Below, one piece after another: positions 7,791 to 17,394 of a DNA stretch of 64,000 nt. How positions within the stretch are numbered: the stretch's first letter is position 1; each line of letters begins with the position of its first letter. Source of the DNA: Candidatus Jacksonbacteria bacterium RIFOXYB2_FULL_44_15 (GTDB lineage: Bacteria > Patescibacteriota > Patescibacteriia > UBA9629). The position numbers and the translations under genes are program-made. The DNA lies in contig MHJY01000005.1 in NCBI GenBank assembly GCA_001818235.1, positions 19,277 to 83,276 on the forward strand, written 5' to 3'. The notes beneath the pieces were generated by a model that worked only from the letters and a program-made list of their open reading frames with translations, did not search any database and was not told the DNA's origin.

Positions 7791-9107
7791 ATGTCATCAC
7801 TTCTTATTAAAAACGCCACATTAGCCAGCGGCCAAATCGTCAACATCTTTATCAAAGACGGGTTGATTTATGATATCGGTAACAAGTCGCCGTTGTGTGA
7901 TCAAAAAATCGATGCCCAAGGGCAATCAATAATTCCTGGGGTGATTGATCCACACGTTCATTTTCGCGTGCCAGGGGCTGAATATAAAGAAGATTGGCAA
8001 ACCGGCTCAAAAGCGGCGGTGGCTGGCGGTGTCACCACTGTTCTGGATATGCCAAATAACCAGCCAGCCATCACAACTCAAAAAACCTTAGATCAAAAAC
8101 GTCGTTTAATCAAAAATCAAAGTTACGTTAATTATGGTTTGTATCTTGGCGCGACTGCGTCAAATTTAAATGAACTCAAAACGGTTTCAGGCATCGCTGG
8201 AGTTAAAGTTTATTTAGGCAGTACGACCGGTGATTTGTTGGTCACAGATTACCAAATAGTTGAGGAAATTTTAGCTGAGACAAATCAAATAATCGCTTTT
8301 CATAGCGAGGACGAAGAGTGCATCAAGCAATTTTCAATTTTCCCACCAAGAAGGCGGGCAGGCAATTTTCAATTTTCAAACATAGCGAAGCGGCACAATC
8401 AACTACGTCCAGAAGAGTGTGCGGAAAAATCAACCGGCAAAATCATTGAGTTAGTAAAAAAAACCAAAAAGCGCGCTTATATTTGCCATGTTTCCGGTCA
8501 AAAAGAAATCGAGCTGATTAGGCAAGCCAAAGATCAAAAGTTACCGATATACGCGGAAGCTTCGCCGCATTATTTATTTTTAAATACGCAGTCAGCCATT
8601 GATTTAGGCAATTTCGCCAAAGTTAATCCGCCGATTCGTTCGGAAGTGTCCCAGCAAGCTCTCCAGCTGAGTCTTTCAAGCGGCTTAATTGATACCATTG
8701 GCTCTGATCACGCGCCGCATACCAGGGAAGAAAAAGAGGTTGATTACGCCCAAGCGCCGGCTGGCGTCCCAGGGGTTGAGACATCATTGTCCTTGATGCT
8801 AAATCTGGTCAATCAGGGGGCGATTACTTTGGCCAGACTGGTCGAGTTGATGTGTTCCACACCGGCGGATATTTTTAAAATAAGCAAGCGCGGAAAAATT
8901 GAACCCGGTTATTTTGCGGATTTGGTTTTAGTTGATCTTAAGTTGACTTATGAGGTTAAAAACAGTAAACTGTATAGTAAATGCGGGTGGTCGCCGTTTT
9001 CCGGCAGGCATTTAAAAGGCGTTCCGATGGCGGTGATTGTCGGTGGCCGATTAGTTTATCAAAAAGGGAAAATATTTGGGCCGCCCGGCGGATGCGAGGT
9101 TTTTTGA
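7791..9107 (+). CDS. pyrC: Dihydroorotase (amidohydrolase superfamily)
   Basis: DPHVHFRVPG metal-binding motif, ...CHVSG..., DHAPH. Start taken at MSSLLIKNATLASG (ATG 7791). Confidence 0.8.
   Translation: MSSLLIKNATLASGQIVNIFIKDGLIYDIGNKSPLCDQKIDAQGQSIIPGVIDPHVHFRVPGAEYKEDWQTGSKAAVAGGVTTVLDMPNNQPAITTQKTLDQKRRLIKNQSYVNYGLYLGATASNLNELKTVSGIAGVKVYLGSTTGDLLVTDYQIVEEILAETNQIIAFHSEDEECIKQFSIFPPRRRAGNFQFSNIAKRHNQLRPEECAEKSTGKIIELVKKTKKRAYICHVSGQKEIELIRQAKDQKLPIYAEASPHYLFLNTQSAIDLGNFAKVNPPIRSEVSQQALQLSLSSGLIDTIGSDHAPHTREEKEVDYAQAPAGVPGVETSLSLMLNLVNQGAITLARLVELMCSTPADIFKISKRGKIEPGYFADLVLVDLKLTYEVKNSKLYSKCGWSPFSGRHLKGVPMAVIVGGRLVYQKGKIFGPPGGCEVF
8327..8377. repeat. 16-bp perfect direct repeat GCAATTTTCAATTTTC x2 flanking the GC-rich core CCACCAAGAAGGCGGGCAG, embedded in frame in pyrC
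   Basis: Seen directly. It encodes the atypical pyrC segment FSIFPPRRRAGNFQFS. The core shares GGCGGGCAGGC with elements at 45611-45657 and 44941-44971. Confidence 0.45.
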
Positions 9108-9178
9108 TCTAAATTTTTCAAGTAAAATTTGCGGAAGCAGGGGACTGGCAACCGTGGCTTTTGTAAATTAATTTTTTT

Positions 9179-9553
9179 ATGATGAAAAAAATTTTAATCG
9201 TCGAGGACGAGCAAAGCCTGTTAAAATTGCTGGAGTTGAATTTTAAGAGTAGCGGTTACGAGGTATTTAAAGCGATCAACGGTGAAGAAGCCTTTGCCGT
9301 GGCGATGCGCGAGCAACCCAATTTAATCCTCTTGGATATTCTTCTCCCCGGCGAAAGCGGGATTAACGTTTTGGAGCGTCTAAAGAAAAACGAGAAGACA
9401 AAAGCCATTCCGGTCGTAATGCTTACCAATTTTAACGAGCCGGAAAGGATCGAACAGGCGAGAAAGAAAGGGGCGGTTGATTATTTAGTTAAAAGCAGTA
9501 ATGATCCATCAACGGTTCTGGAAAAAGTTAAGAAATATTTGGAAGAAGAATAA
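9179..9553 (+). CDS. Stand-alone response-regulator receiver domain (CheY-like)
   Basis: KILIVEDE...LILLDILLPGESG...PVVMLT, with the conserved Asp and Lys positions. 124 aa with no output domain. Confidence 0.8.
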   Translation: MMKKILIVEDEQSLLKLLELNFKSSGYEVFKAINGEEAFAVAMREQPNLILLDILLPGESGINVLERLKKNEKTKAIPVVMLTNFNEPERIEQARKKGAVDYLVKSSNDPSTVLEKVKKYLEEE

Positions 9554-9555
9554 TT

Positions 9556-9954
9556 ATGAAGGACAATTGGTATGTGGTTTTACTATGGCTTTCCGGTGCG
9601 ATCAGTTGGTTGCTTTTTGGCGCAGTGGTAATTTTTATCGGACCGGACGAATTGGGCATTTGGAGCAGATTTTTATTTTTGGTTACCAGCACCTTGGCAA
9701 ATTTTACTTTTTGGCTTATAATCCTTTATTATTTACGCGTTAAACTGCTCCGCTTCCAACCGGTTTTTCGACAATTTCATATCATTTTTCGGGAAAGTAT
9801 TTTGCTGGCCGGGTTATTTGCGGCAAGTTTATGGCTTTCACATTATGGTCGAATGAGTTTTTTTTATTTTTTGCTGATGTTTTTAATTATAGCGGGGATT
9901 GATCTGTTTTTTATTCTTTCTTATGACCAGCGACGTTATAAAAAAATTAAATAA
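9556..9954 (+). CDS. Small integral membrane protein (about 4 TM helices), unknown function
   Basis: Hydrophobic segments. Starts 3 nt after the receiver gene. Confidence 0.4.
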   Translation: MKDNWYVVLLWLSGAISWLLFGAVVIFIGPDELGIWSRFLFLVTSTLANFTFWLIILYYLRVKLLRFQPVFRQFHIIFRESILLAGLFAASLWLSHYGRMSFFYFLLMFLIIAGIDLFFILSYDQRRYKKIK

Positions 9955-10981
9955 AATTTACGCTGAAGCACTGGAAGAGGTGGGTAAAGGCAAGTTGTAT
10001 GCGCAGCGTAGAGTAGAATTGGAAATCAAATACCTTGGCCGAAAGGGTAAACTTAATGATGTCTTCAAAGAGATGGCGGTTTTAAGTGATAGCGCCAGAA
10101 AAGAAGTAGGCGTTTTGGCCAATAAATTAAAAAGTGATTTAAAATTGCAGTTGGGGCAGGCGCAGTTGCAGAACAAAAAAAGTGCCACGACTATAACTTT
10201 TGACGAGACAATCCCCGGCGCTCGGCCAAAGATCGGCAGTTTGCATCCGATAACGCAATTTTTGGAACGGATCATGGCTGTTTTTAGCACGCTCGGTTTT
10301 GAAATCGTCGAAGATCGCGAGGTGGAAACGACTGTTTATAACTTTGATAAATTAAATATTGCCTTCGACCACCCGGCCCGCGATATGTGGGATACGTTTT
10401 ATATAAAAATAAAAAATAAAAAAGAAAAAATAAAAAATAAGGAAGAATCATCTCTGGTTTTGCGGACGCATACTTCGCCGGTGCAAATTAGGGCGATGGA
10501 AAAACGCCGGCCGCCGGTTCGCTTGGTGGTGCCCGGGCGCGTTTACCGCCACGAAGCCACAGACGCTTCCCACGAGACTAATTTTTATCAATTAGAAGGA
10601 CTGGTAATTGACCGCAATATCTCGGTTGCGAACATGATATATGTTTTACACACGGTGTTGAAGCAATTATTTGGAGATAAAGTCAAGATTCGCATTCGAC
10701 CAAGTTTTTTCCCTTTTGTTGAGCCAGGCCATGAGGTGGATATGAGTTGTATTATTTGTGAACAAAAAGGTTGTTCGGTTTGTAGCGGCACTGGTTGGCT
10801 GGAAATGCTGGGCGCTGGCATGGTTCACCCGGTAGTTTTAAAGAATATGAAAGTCGATCCTGATAAATATTCTGGCTTTGCTTTTGGCATGGGCGTTGAT
10901 CGGCTAATAATGCTATATCACGGGATTAACGACATTCGATTGTCGTATTCCGGTGATTTGCGTTTTCTCAAACAGTTTTAA
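9923..10981 (+). CDS. pheS: Phenylalanine--tRNA ligase alpha subunit
   Basis: FDHPARDMWDTFY, RTHTSPVQIRAM, class II motifs. Start at MTSDVIKKLNK. Contains a 14-aa K-rich insertion encoded by an (AAAAAT)n tract. Confidence 0.9.
   Translation: MTSDVIKKLNKIYAEALEEVGKGKLYAQRRVELEIKYLGRKGKLNDVFKEMAVLSDSARKEVGVLANKLKSDLKLQLGQAQLQNKKSATTITFDETIPGARPKIGSLHPITQFLERIMAVFSTLGFEIVEDREVETTVYNFDKLNIAFDHPARDMWDTFYIKIKNKKEKIKNKEESSLVLRTHTSPVQIRAMEKRRPPVRLVVPGRVYRHEATDASHETNFYQLEGLVIDRNISVANMIYVLHTVLKQLFGDKVKIRIRPSFFPFVEPGHEVDMSCIICEQKGCSVCSGTGWLEMLGAGMVHPVVLKNMKVDPDKYSGFAFGMGVDRLIMLYHGINDIRLSYSGDLRFLKQF
10403..10440. repeat. (AAAAAT)n hexanucleotide tract inside pheS, encoding KIKNKKEKIKNK
   Basis: Seen directly. 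In-frame low-complexity insertion between the TFY and LRTHTS motifs. Confidence 0.6.
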
Positions 10982-10998
10982 ATCAATTTTGTTATTTT

Positions 10999-13368
10999 AT
11001 GAAGCTTTCATTAAATTGGTTAAAAGATTACATTAATTTAAACATTTCGCCCTCAGAGTTGGCGGAGAAATTAACGTTGTCTGGGACAGCTGTTGAGAGC
11101 ATTGAGCAATGCGGCAATCCTTATCAGCAAGTTATAGTCGGGGAAATTGTTGAAATAAAGCCGCATCCCAAAGCGGATCGTTTAAAGCTGGTGGAAGTAA
11201 ATGACGGCGCGCGTGAACGGACGATTGTCTGCGGTGCTTCTAACATCATGGCCGGACAAAAAGTTCCGCTCGCATTGCCGGGAGCCGAGTTGCCAAGTGG
11301 GGTAATTATTAAAACCGCGGAAATTAGGGGGCAGGTATCAGAGGGAATGCTATGTAGTAAAAAAGAGCTTGGTCTAGGCGAAGACCACACTGGCATATAT
11401 ATTTTACCAAATAAGGCACGGGTTGGTTGTCCTTTGGCCGAAGTCCTTGGAGTCGGCGAGCTGGATACAGTTTTTGATTTAGATTTAACGCCTAATCGAG
11501 GCGACTGTTTTAGTGTTCGCGGAATTGCCCGTGAAGTAGCCGCCATCACTAATACTAAAATTAGAAAGAAATTGGATAAACTCCAACTTAAGGCTAAAAA
11601 AAATTCACTTAAGGGTTTATTGAAAATTAAGGTGGAAGATCAAAAATTGTGCCCTAAATATTGCGCTCTAATTATTCGAAACGTTAAAATTAGCGAATCG
11701 CCTGACTGGCTAAAACGCCGTCTGGAAGCGGTTGGAATTAGGCCAATTAACAATATCGTCGACATCACCAATTATGTAATGATGGATTTGGGCCAGCCTT
11801 TGCACGCATTTGATTTGTCAAAAATTAAAAAAAATAAACAGGTTTCTGCAACAATTGGCGTGCGCCCTGCTATAACAGGAGAAAGTATTATCACTTTAGA
11901 CGGTCAAAATAGAAAGTTAGAGCCAGGAATGGTCGTTATTACTGACGGAGTAGAGCCGATCGCCGTTGCCGGTGTAATGGGCGGCGCATCCACCGAAGTC
12001 GGGCCTGATACCAAGACAATTGTTTTGGAAGCGGCTATCTTTGAACCTTCTGCCATCCGCCTTAGCTACCGAAATTTAGGATTACGAACCGAAGCGGCCA
12101 TCCGGTTTGAAAAGGGGATTGACTGGTCTTTGCCGGAACAAGCTCTGGCCATGGCCGGGCAGTTGCTGAGTGAGCTTAAAGCAGGCACTGTGAGTTCGCC
12201 GATTATCGTGCAAGCTACCCCCGAGAAAGCGCCTTCAGCAATAAAAGTCAGAGTTGATTATCTTAATCGGCTATTGGGAACAGATTTTAGCCGTGAGCAA
12301 ATTAGCCGCTCTTTGGCACGTTTAGACATCAAAAGCAGTCCGGCCAAGAGCGATAAAGGCTCAGTTCTTGATGTCGTACCCCCTTCTTGGCGGAAAGATT
12401 TAACAATTGCCGCTGATATTGCCGAAGAAATCGGGCGATTGCATGATTACAATAAAATTATTCCGCTTCCAATTTGCGCTGAAGTTTGCCAACCGGCGGC
12501 TAATCAACCGTATCAACAGAAATATGAGGCAAAACAGATTCTTAAATTTATCGGTTACAGCGAGATTTACACTTATTCTTTTTACGGAGAAGACGAAGCT
12601 TCTTTTCTGCCGGACGTTGGACATTTGGAGGTCTTAAATCCAATCAGTCCAGCGCAGAAATATTTGCGCTATTCTTTGTTGCCTTTGATATTGCGAAAAG
12701 CTTCAAAAAATTTGCGGCAATTGGAAAGCATCAAAATTTTTGAATTAGGCACGATTTTTAAAGATGCGCGCGACGCTATCTTGCCTCGGGAAGAGACTTA
12801 TCTTGCCGGGGCGGTTGCCGATAAAACAAAAGACATAAAAACTTTATTTCGAAGGCTTAAGGGTGATTTAGAAATATTATTTGATGAGTTTGGCGTTAAA
12901 CAAATTAGCTACGAAAAAACTGATAATTACGTTGATTTAATGATCGGCAATAATTGGTTAGGCCAGATCAAAATTCTCGGAGAAAGAGAAAAGGTCATTT
13001 TTAAAATTAAACAAGACATGCTGTTATTTAATTTAAATTTTGGGATAATAAGCAGTTTAATTGATGAACAAAAAAAATATACAGTCTTGCCGGCTTATCC
13101 GAGCGTTACCAGAGATCTGAGTTTTTTGGTTCCAGAAGACCTTAAATATAAAGATTTAATAAAAAGCATTTTAACCGGGGCAACTAGCATTTCCCATGTC
13201 GATTTAGTGGATGAATATTATTTGCCGGACCGCAGTCGCAGTTTAACTTTAAGGTTTATTTATCAAAGCCAGAGTCAAACTTTGCAAGGAGAAGAAGTCG
13301 ACAAAATTGAGAAATCGATTATTGCTAACTTAGTGAATAAATGGGGTGTTAAAATGCGCAACGCATAA
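10999..13368 (+). CDS. pheT: Phenylalanine--tRNA ligase beta subunit
   Basis: Follows pheS. N-terminal tRNA-binding/B3-4 pattern (MKLSLNWLKDY...), 789 aa. Confidence 0.9.
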   Translation: MKLSLNWLKDYINLNISPSELAEKLTLSGTAVESIEQCGNPYQQVIVGEIVEIKPHPKADRLKLVEVNDGARERTIVCGASNIMAGQKVPLALPGAELPSGVIIKTAEIRGQVSEGMLCSKKELGLGEDHTGIYILPNKARVGCPLAEVLGVGELDTVFDLDLTPNRGDCFSVRGIAREVAAITNTKIRKKLDKLQLKAKKNSLKGLLKIKVEDQKLCPKYCALIIRNVKISESPDWLKRRLEAVGIRPINNIVDITNYVMMDLGQPLHAFDLSKIKKNKQVSATIGVRPAITGESIITLDGQNRKLEPGMVVITDGVEPIAVAGVMGGASTEVGPDTKTIVLEAAIFEPSAIRLSYRNLGLRTEAAIRFEKGIDWSLPEQALAMAGQLLSELKAGTVSSPIIVQATPEKAPSAIKVRVDYLNRLLGTDFSREQISRSLARLDIKSSPAKSDKGSVLDVVPPSWRKDLTIAADIAEEIGRLHDYNKIIPLPICAEVCQPAANQPYQQKYEAKQILKFIGYSEIYTYSFYGEDEASFLPDVGHLEVLNPISPAQKYLRYSLLPLILRKASKNLRQLESIKIFELGTIFKDARDAILPREETYLAGAVADKTKDIKTLFRRLKGDLEILFDEFGVKQISYEKTDNYVDLMIGNNWLGQIKILGEREKVIFKIKQDMLLFNLNFGIISSLIDEQKKYTVLPAYPSVTRDLSFLVPEDLKYKDLIKSILTGATSISHVDLVDEYYLPDRSRSLTLRFIYQSQSQTLQGEEVDKIEKSIIANLVNKWGVKMRNA

Positions 13369-13384
13369 CTTTCGATAAATTTTT

Positions 13385-15496
13385 ATGGCGGAAGTAATTT
13401 CTGAAAGCAAGGCTCGATTAGAACGTCTTAAGAAAATTAAAGAACAGGGGATTAATCCTTACCCGGCTTCGACTTGTCGGACTCACCAGATCGCTGAGGC
13501 AGTGGCGAGTTTTGAACACTTGCTGGCGGCCGGGAACGAACTGGTTTTAGCTGGCCGGCTTTTAGCTTTACGGGATCATGGCGGTTCGACATTTGCTGAT
13601 TTAAATGATGGCAGTGGGCGTATACAGCTGTATTTAAAAAAGGATGAGATTGCCGGGGGGTTAAATTATCAGGATTTTTTAGATTTGATTGATCTGGGTG
13701 ATTTTGTCGAGGTCAAAGGTATTTTGTTTGTTACCAAAAAACAAGAGAAAACGCTTTTGGTAAAATCTTGGCGCTTGCTTTGTAAGGCTTTGCGGCCATT
13801 GCCTTCCCAGTGGTATGGTTTAAAGGACGCGGAAACCCGCTATCGGCATCGCTATTTAGATTTTTTGTTAAATCCGGAACTTAAAGAAGTATTTAACCGA
13901 AAGATGTTGTTCTGGAACAGTATGCGAAATTTTTTGATTGAACGCGGTTTTGTCGAGGTTTATACTCCGATATTGGAAAATACGACCGGCGGGGCAGACG
14001 CTCGGCCATTTGTTACTCATCACAATGCTTTAGGCGTTGATGTTTATTTGCGAATTTCGATGGGTGAATTATGGCAAAAGCGGCTGATGGTGGCTGGTTA
14101 CCCGAAAACTTTTGAAATCGGCCGGCAATTTAGAAACGAGGGCATTGATGCAGATCATTTGCAGGACTATTTGCAAATGGAGTATTATTGGGCTTATGCT
14201 GATTATATTCAAGGCATGCAGTTGACTACAGATTTGATTCGCCAGGTCGCACTTGCAACATTCAAAACATTGGTTTTTAATATCAATGGACAAGAAGTTG
14301 ATCTGGGACAAGACTGGCAAAAAATTGATTTTTACGCGGAGATTAAAAGGCAGACTGGTTTAGATCTTCGTACTGCCGCAACTGCGGAGATTCAAGCAAA
14401 ATTACGGGAATTAAATCTTGATTTCGAAGACACTGCCGAGCCGAGCCGACTGTGGGATCAATTATGGAAATATTGCCGCCGGCAAATTGTCGGACCGGCT
14501 TATTTAATCAATATTCCTGTTTTGATTTCGCCGTTGGCTAAACGCAGTGAATCAGATCCCGACGTAACGCAAAGGTTTCAACTAATTTTGGCTGGCAGTG
14601 AATTGTGCAACGGTTACAGCGAGCTGAACGATTCCCTGGATCAGCGCGAGCGATTTTTGGAGCAAGCTAAATTGCGAGCCGCCGGCGATGAAGAAGCCCA
14701 GATGAATGACGAGGAATTTATCGAAGCTTTGGAGTATGGAATGCCGCCAGTTTGCGGGCTGGGTATCTCGGAGCGATTGTTTAGTTATTTGGAAGGCAAG
14801 TCAATCCGCGAATGCGTGATGTTTCCTTTGTTGCGTCCAGTGGGATCAAATATCGAACCACCGGCATTAATTAACCCCAAAGTAACGTCAAAAAGCGCTC
14901 CCGGTGATATCGGCGTAACCCGCGAGCAGGCGCTGGCGCTATTGCGTTCTAACATCAAGAGTGCTAGTTTAATAAAACATCATTTAGCGGCTGAGGCGCA
15001 AATGGCGGCGTTAGCCAGACATTTTTTAACTACCGAGAAACATCATCAGGAGTTTATCGATCCAGAGGCCTGGGCGATGGTCGGTCTTTTACATGACATT
15101 GATTGGGAGTTAACGGCAAAAAAACCCAAAGAACATAGCCTAGCTGCCGCTCAGATTTTGCAAGAAAATAACTTTCGGCCTGATCTTGTCCGAGCAATTC
15201 GGTTGCATAATCATCTGCATGGCGAAGAGCCCCAAACTTTGCTGGAAAAAGCACTTTTCTGCGCGGAAGAATTAACCGGTTTAGTGGCGGCGGCGGCGTT
15301 AGTTCAGCCTGATCGGAAATTAGCAACAGTAACCGTTGAGTCGGTGTTAAAAAAGTTTAAAGACGCATCTTTCGCGCGGGGCGTAAATCGGGAAATAATT
15401 TTAAGATGCCAAGCGTATTTAGAGTTGGATGTACGTCAATTAATCGATTTGACGATTAGGGCAATGCAATCGATTGCTGGCGTGTTGGGACTTTAA
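13385..15496 (+). CDS. lysS: Lysine--tRNA ligase (class II) fused to a ~200-aa C-terminal HD-domain phosphohydrolase-like module
   Basis: FRNEGIDADHLQDYLQMEYYWAYADY (class II motif 2 region) and the ...CGLGISERL...MFPLLRP end of the LysRS core. Then HHLAAEAQ...VGLLHDIDWE (H...HD motif). Confidence 0.85.
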   Translation: MAEVISESKARLERLKKIKEQGINPYPASTCRTHQIAEAVASFEHLLAAGNELVLAGRLLALRDHGGSTFADLNDGSGRIQLYLKKDEIAGGLNYQDFLDLIDLGDFVEVKGILFVTKKQEKTLLVKSWRLLCKALRPLPSQWYGLKDAETRYRHRYLDFLLNPELKEVFNRKMLFWNSMRNFLIERGFVEVYTPILENTTGGADARPFVTHHNALGVDVYLRISMGELWQKRLMVAGYPKTFEIGRQFRNEGIDADHLQDYLQMEYYWAYADYIQGMQLTTDLIRQVALATFKTLVFNINGQEVDLGQDWQKIDFYAEIKRQTGLDLRTAATAEIQAKLRELNLDFEDTAEPSRLWDQLWKYCRRQIVGPAYLINIPVLISPLAKRSESDPDVTQRFQLILAGSELCNGYSELNDSLDQRERFLEQAKLRAAGDEEAQMNDEEFIEALEYGMPPVCGLGISERLFSYLEGKSIRECVMFPLLRPVGSNIEPPALINPKVTSKSAPGDIGVTREQALALLRSNIKSASLIKHHLAAEAQMAALARHFLTTEKHHQEFIDPEAWAMVGLLHDIDWELTAKKPKEHSLAAAQILQENNFRPDLVRAIRLHNHLHGEEPQTLLEKALFCAEELTGLVAAAALVQPDRKLATVTVESVLKKFKDASFARGVNREIILRCQAYLELDVRQLIDLTIRAMQSIAGVLGL

Positions 15497-15572
15497 TTTT
15501 TATCACAATACTTAATTACCAAAAATTCTGGTGCTACTTCTGACTTAATCAAGTTGGATAACGGCAGAGTTT

Positions 15573-15833
15573 ATGGTCAAAAAAATGAAGAAGATTCTTA
15601 CTCTCGCAGCTATCACTTTATTGTTAACTGCTTGTACCGCGACGGTACCAAAAACAGACGATGCTAATCCAACGTCAGAGCAAACTGGGGAAGTGGTGAA
15701 TCCGGAAACTGCTGATACTTTACCAGTAGTGGAAGAAGCGCCAGTCGGCACAGGCGAAGAGGTAATCGAACCGGCCATTCCGACAGAAGAAACCAATTCT
15801 TTAGAAAGTCCAACCGGTGAAGTAACGCCGTAA
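15573..15833 (+). CDS. Small secreted lipoprotein, Thr/Glu/Pro-rich
   Basis: Signal peptide with lipobox LLTAC. Confidence 0.4.
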   Translation: MVKKMKKILTLAAITLLLTACTATVPKTDDANPTSEQTGEVVNPETADTLPVVEEAPVGTGEEVIEPAIPTEETNSLESPTGEVTP

Positions 15834-15881
15834 AAGTTTATAAGGGTAAGAAATTAGCAACGTTTAATAAAGATTCTTAAA

Positions 15882-16553
15882 ATGAAAAAATTAATTGTCT
15901 TATTTTTTTGTATTATGTTACTAACTGCTTGCGCCAAAACTTTGCCTGAGTCCAGTTCTTCGACTCCGCAAGATAACTTGGCCACCGGGGAACGGGCAGT
16001 GCCGGCAATTACACCTCCGAGCGCGGAAGTTTTGTTGCCGCCGACCCCCGAAGACGTTGCCGCCTTGCCAAAGCAAGTCAATGTGACTTTAGTTACCAAT
16101 CAAGGCAATATCGAGATTCAATTGTTGCCGGAAAAGTCGCCCTTAGCTGTTGCAAATTTTTTAAAGCTTGCGAACAGTAGATTTTATGACGGAGTTAAGT
16201 TTCATCGGGTAATTCCGGATTTTATGATTCAAACCGGCGACCCGAATTCTAAAGATCGGGACCCGGCCAACGACGGCAGGGGGGGGCCAGGTTATCAATT
16301 TCCAGACGAAGTAACCGCTGATGACCAATTGGTTCGCGGTACGGTGGCGATGGCGAATGCAGGTCCAAATACTAATGGTAGCCAATTTTTTATCGTTACT
16401 GCCGAAAGCACACCTTTGTTAAACGGACAGTATACTATTTTTGGCAAAGTTACCTCTGGCCAAGATGTAGCGGAAAAAATTTCCCAAGTGGAGCGCAACG
16501 AACAAGACCGGCCAGCGCAGGATATCGTGATTTCGCAGATAGTGGTAAAATAA
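15882..16553 (+). CDS. Cyclophilin-type peptidyl-prolyl cis-trans isomerase, lipoprotein
   Basis: Lipobox LLTACAK. FHRVIPDFMIQTGDP and the GSQFFI cyclophilin signature. Confidence 0.85.
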   Translation: MKKLIVLFFCIMLLTACAKTLPESSSSTPQDNLATGERAVPAITPPSAEVLLPPTPEDVAALPKQVNVTLVTNQGNIEIQLLPEKSPLAVANFLKLANSRFYDGVKFHRVIPDFMIQTGDPNSKDRDPANDGRGGPGYQFPDEVTADDQLVRGTVAMANAGPNTNGSQFFIVTAESTPLLNGQYTIFGKVTSGQDVAEKISQVERNEQDRPAQDIVISQIVVK

Positions 16554-16590
16554 GTTAGTGAGTAATCAAAAACTAAACCCGATATACGGT

Positions 16591-17376
16591 ATGTTTGGTA
16601 TAGCCAAGTCGGTAATTATTATCATGGTAGTAGCAAGCCTGTCAGCTTGCTCCTTGCCTTTTTTGAAAAAGGCACCACCAGAAGCTTCTGGGGCAGAGTA
16701 TTTCCCGCCAACCAAAGAAGAAGTCGCGGCTTTAGATCAATTCGAAGAAATTAGAGCGACTATTCGGGTAATGGATCTGGGAAGTATTACTGTCCAATTG
16801 ATGCCAGAAAAAGCTCCAGTGGCCGTTGCCAATTTTATCAAGTTGGCAAAAGCGAACTTTTATAACGGGATAAAGTTTCACCGAGTTATTAAGGGTTTTA
16901 TGATTCAGACAGGGGACCCTAATTCCAAAGACAGCGATTCAACGGACGATGGTTTAGGCGGTCCTGGGTATACGTTTCCCGCGGAAATTATTCCAGAAGA
17001 AAGCGTGGTTCGCGGCACTTTGGCGATGTCCAGCGACAGCGCATCAACAAATAACGGTAGCCAATTTTTTATTATTTTAACCGAAAGTGCGCCTTGGCTA
17101 GAAGGACGCTATACGGTCTTCGGCCGGGTGACGCAGGGATTTCAGGCGGCCGATAATGTCGCCATGGTGCCGACTGATGGGAGCGGCCGTCCGCTTTCGG
17201 ACGTGGTGATTTCTTCGATCGTTATTGATGCGGTTGATGCGAATAAGTGGCAAGACAAGGTTGGGGAAGATCTCAAGAATTTGGAAAAAAATCCCGCGTC
17301 AAAAAATGCTACAGGCACTACAAACCAAACAACTCCCAAAAAGAATCCTCTATTTGATTTCGGCGGTATAAAATAA
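16591..17376 (+). CDS. Second cyclophilin-type PPIase lipoprotein (tandem paralog)
   Basis: FHRVIKGFMIQTGDPNSKD and GSQFFI. Lipobox SLSACS. Start set at MFGIAKS (ATG 16591), whereas the track begins at GTG 16558. Confidence 0.8.
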   Translation: MFGIAKSVIIIMVVASLSACSLPFLKKAPPEASGAEYFPPTKEEVAALDQFEEIRATIRVMDLGSITVQLMPEKAPVAVANFIKLAKANFYNGIKFHRVIKGFMIQTGDPNSKDSDSTDDGLGGPGYTFPAEIIPEESVVRGTLAMSSDSASTNNGSQFFIILTESAPWLEGRYTVFGRVTQGFQAADNVAMVPTDGSGRPLSDVVISSIVIDAVDANKWQDKVGEDLKNLEKNPASKNATGTTNQTTPKKNPLFDFGGIK

Positions 17377-17394
17377 AAGAGGATAACAAAATTT

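Noticed and set aside
9501-9743. 80-aa ORF overlapping the receiver-domain gene end and the membrane-protein gene
   Set aside because: Alternative frame of two better-supported genes.
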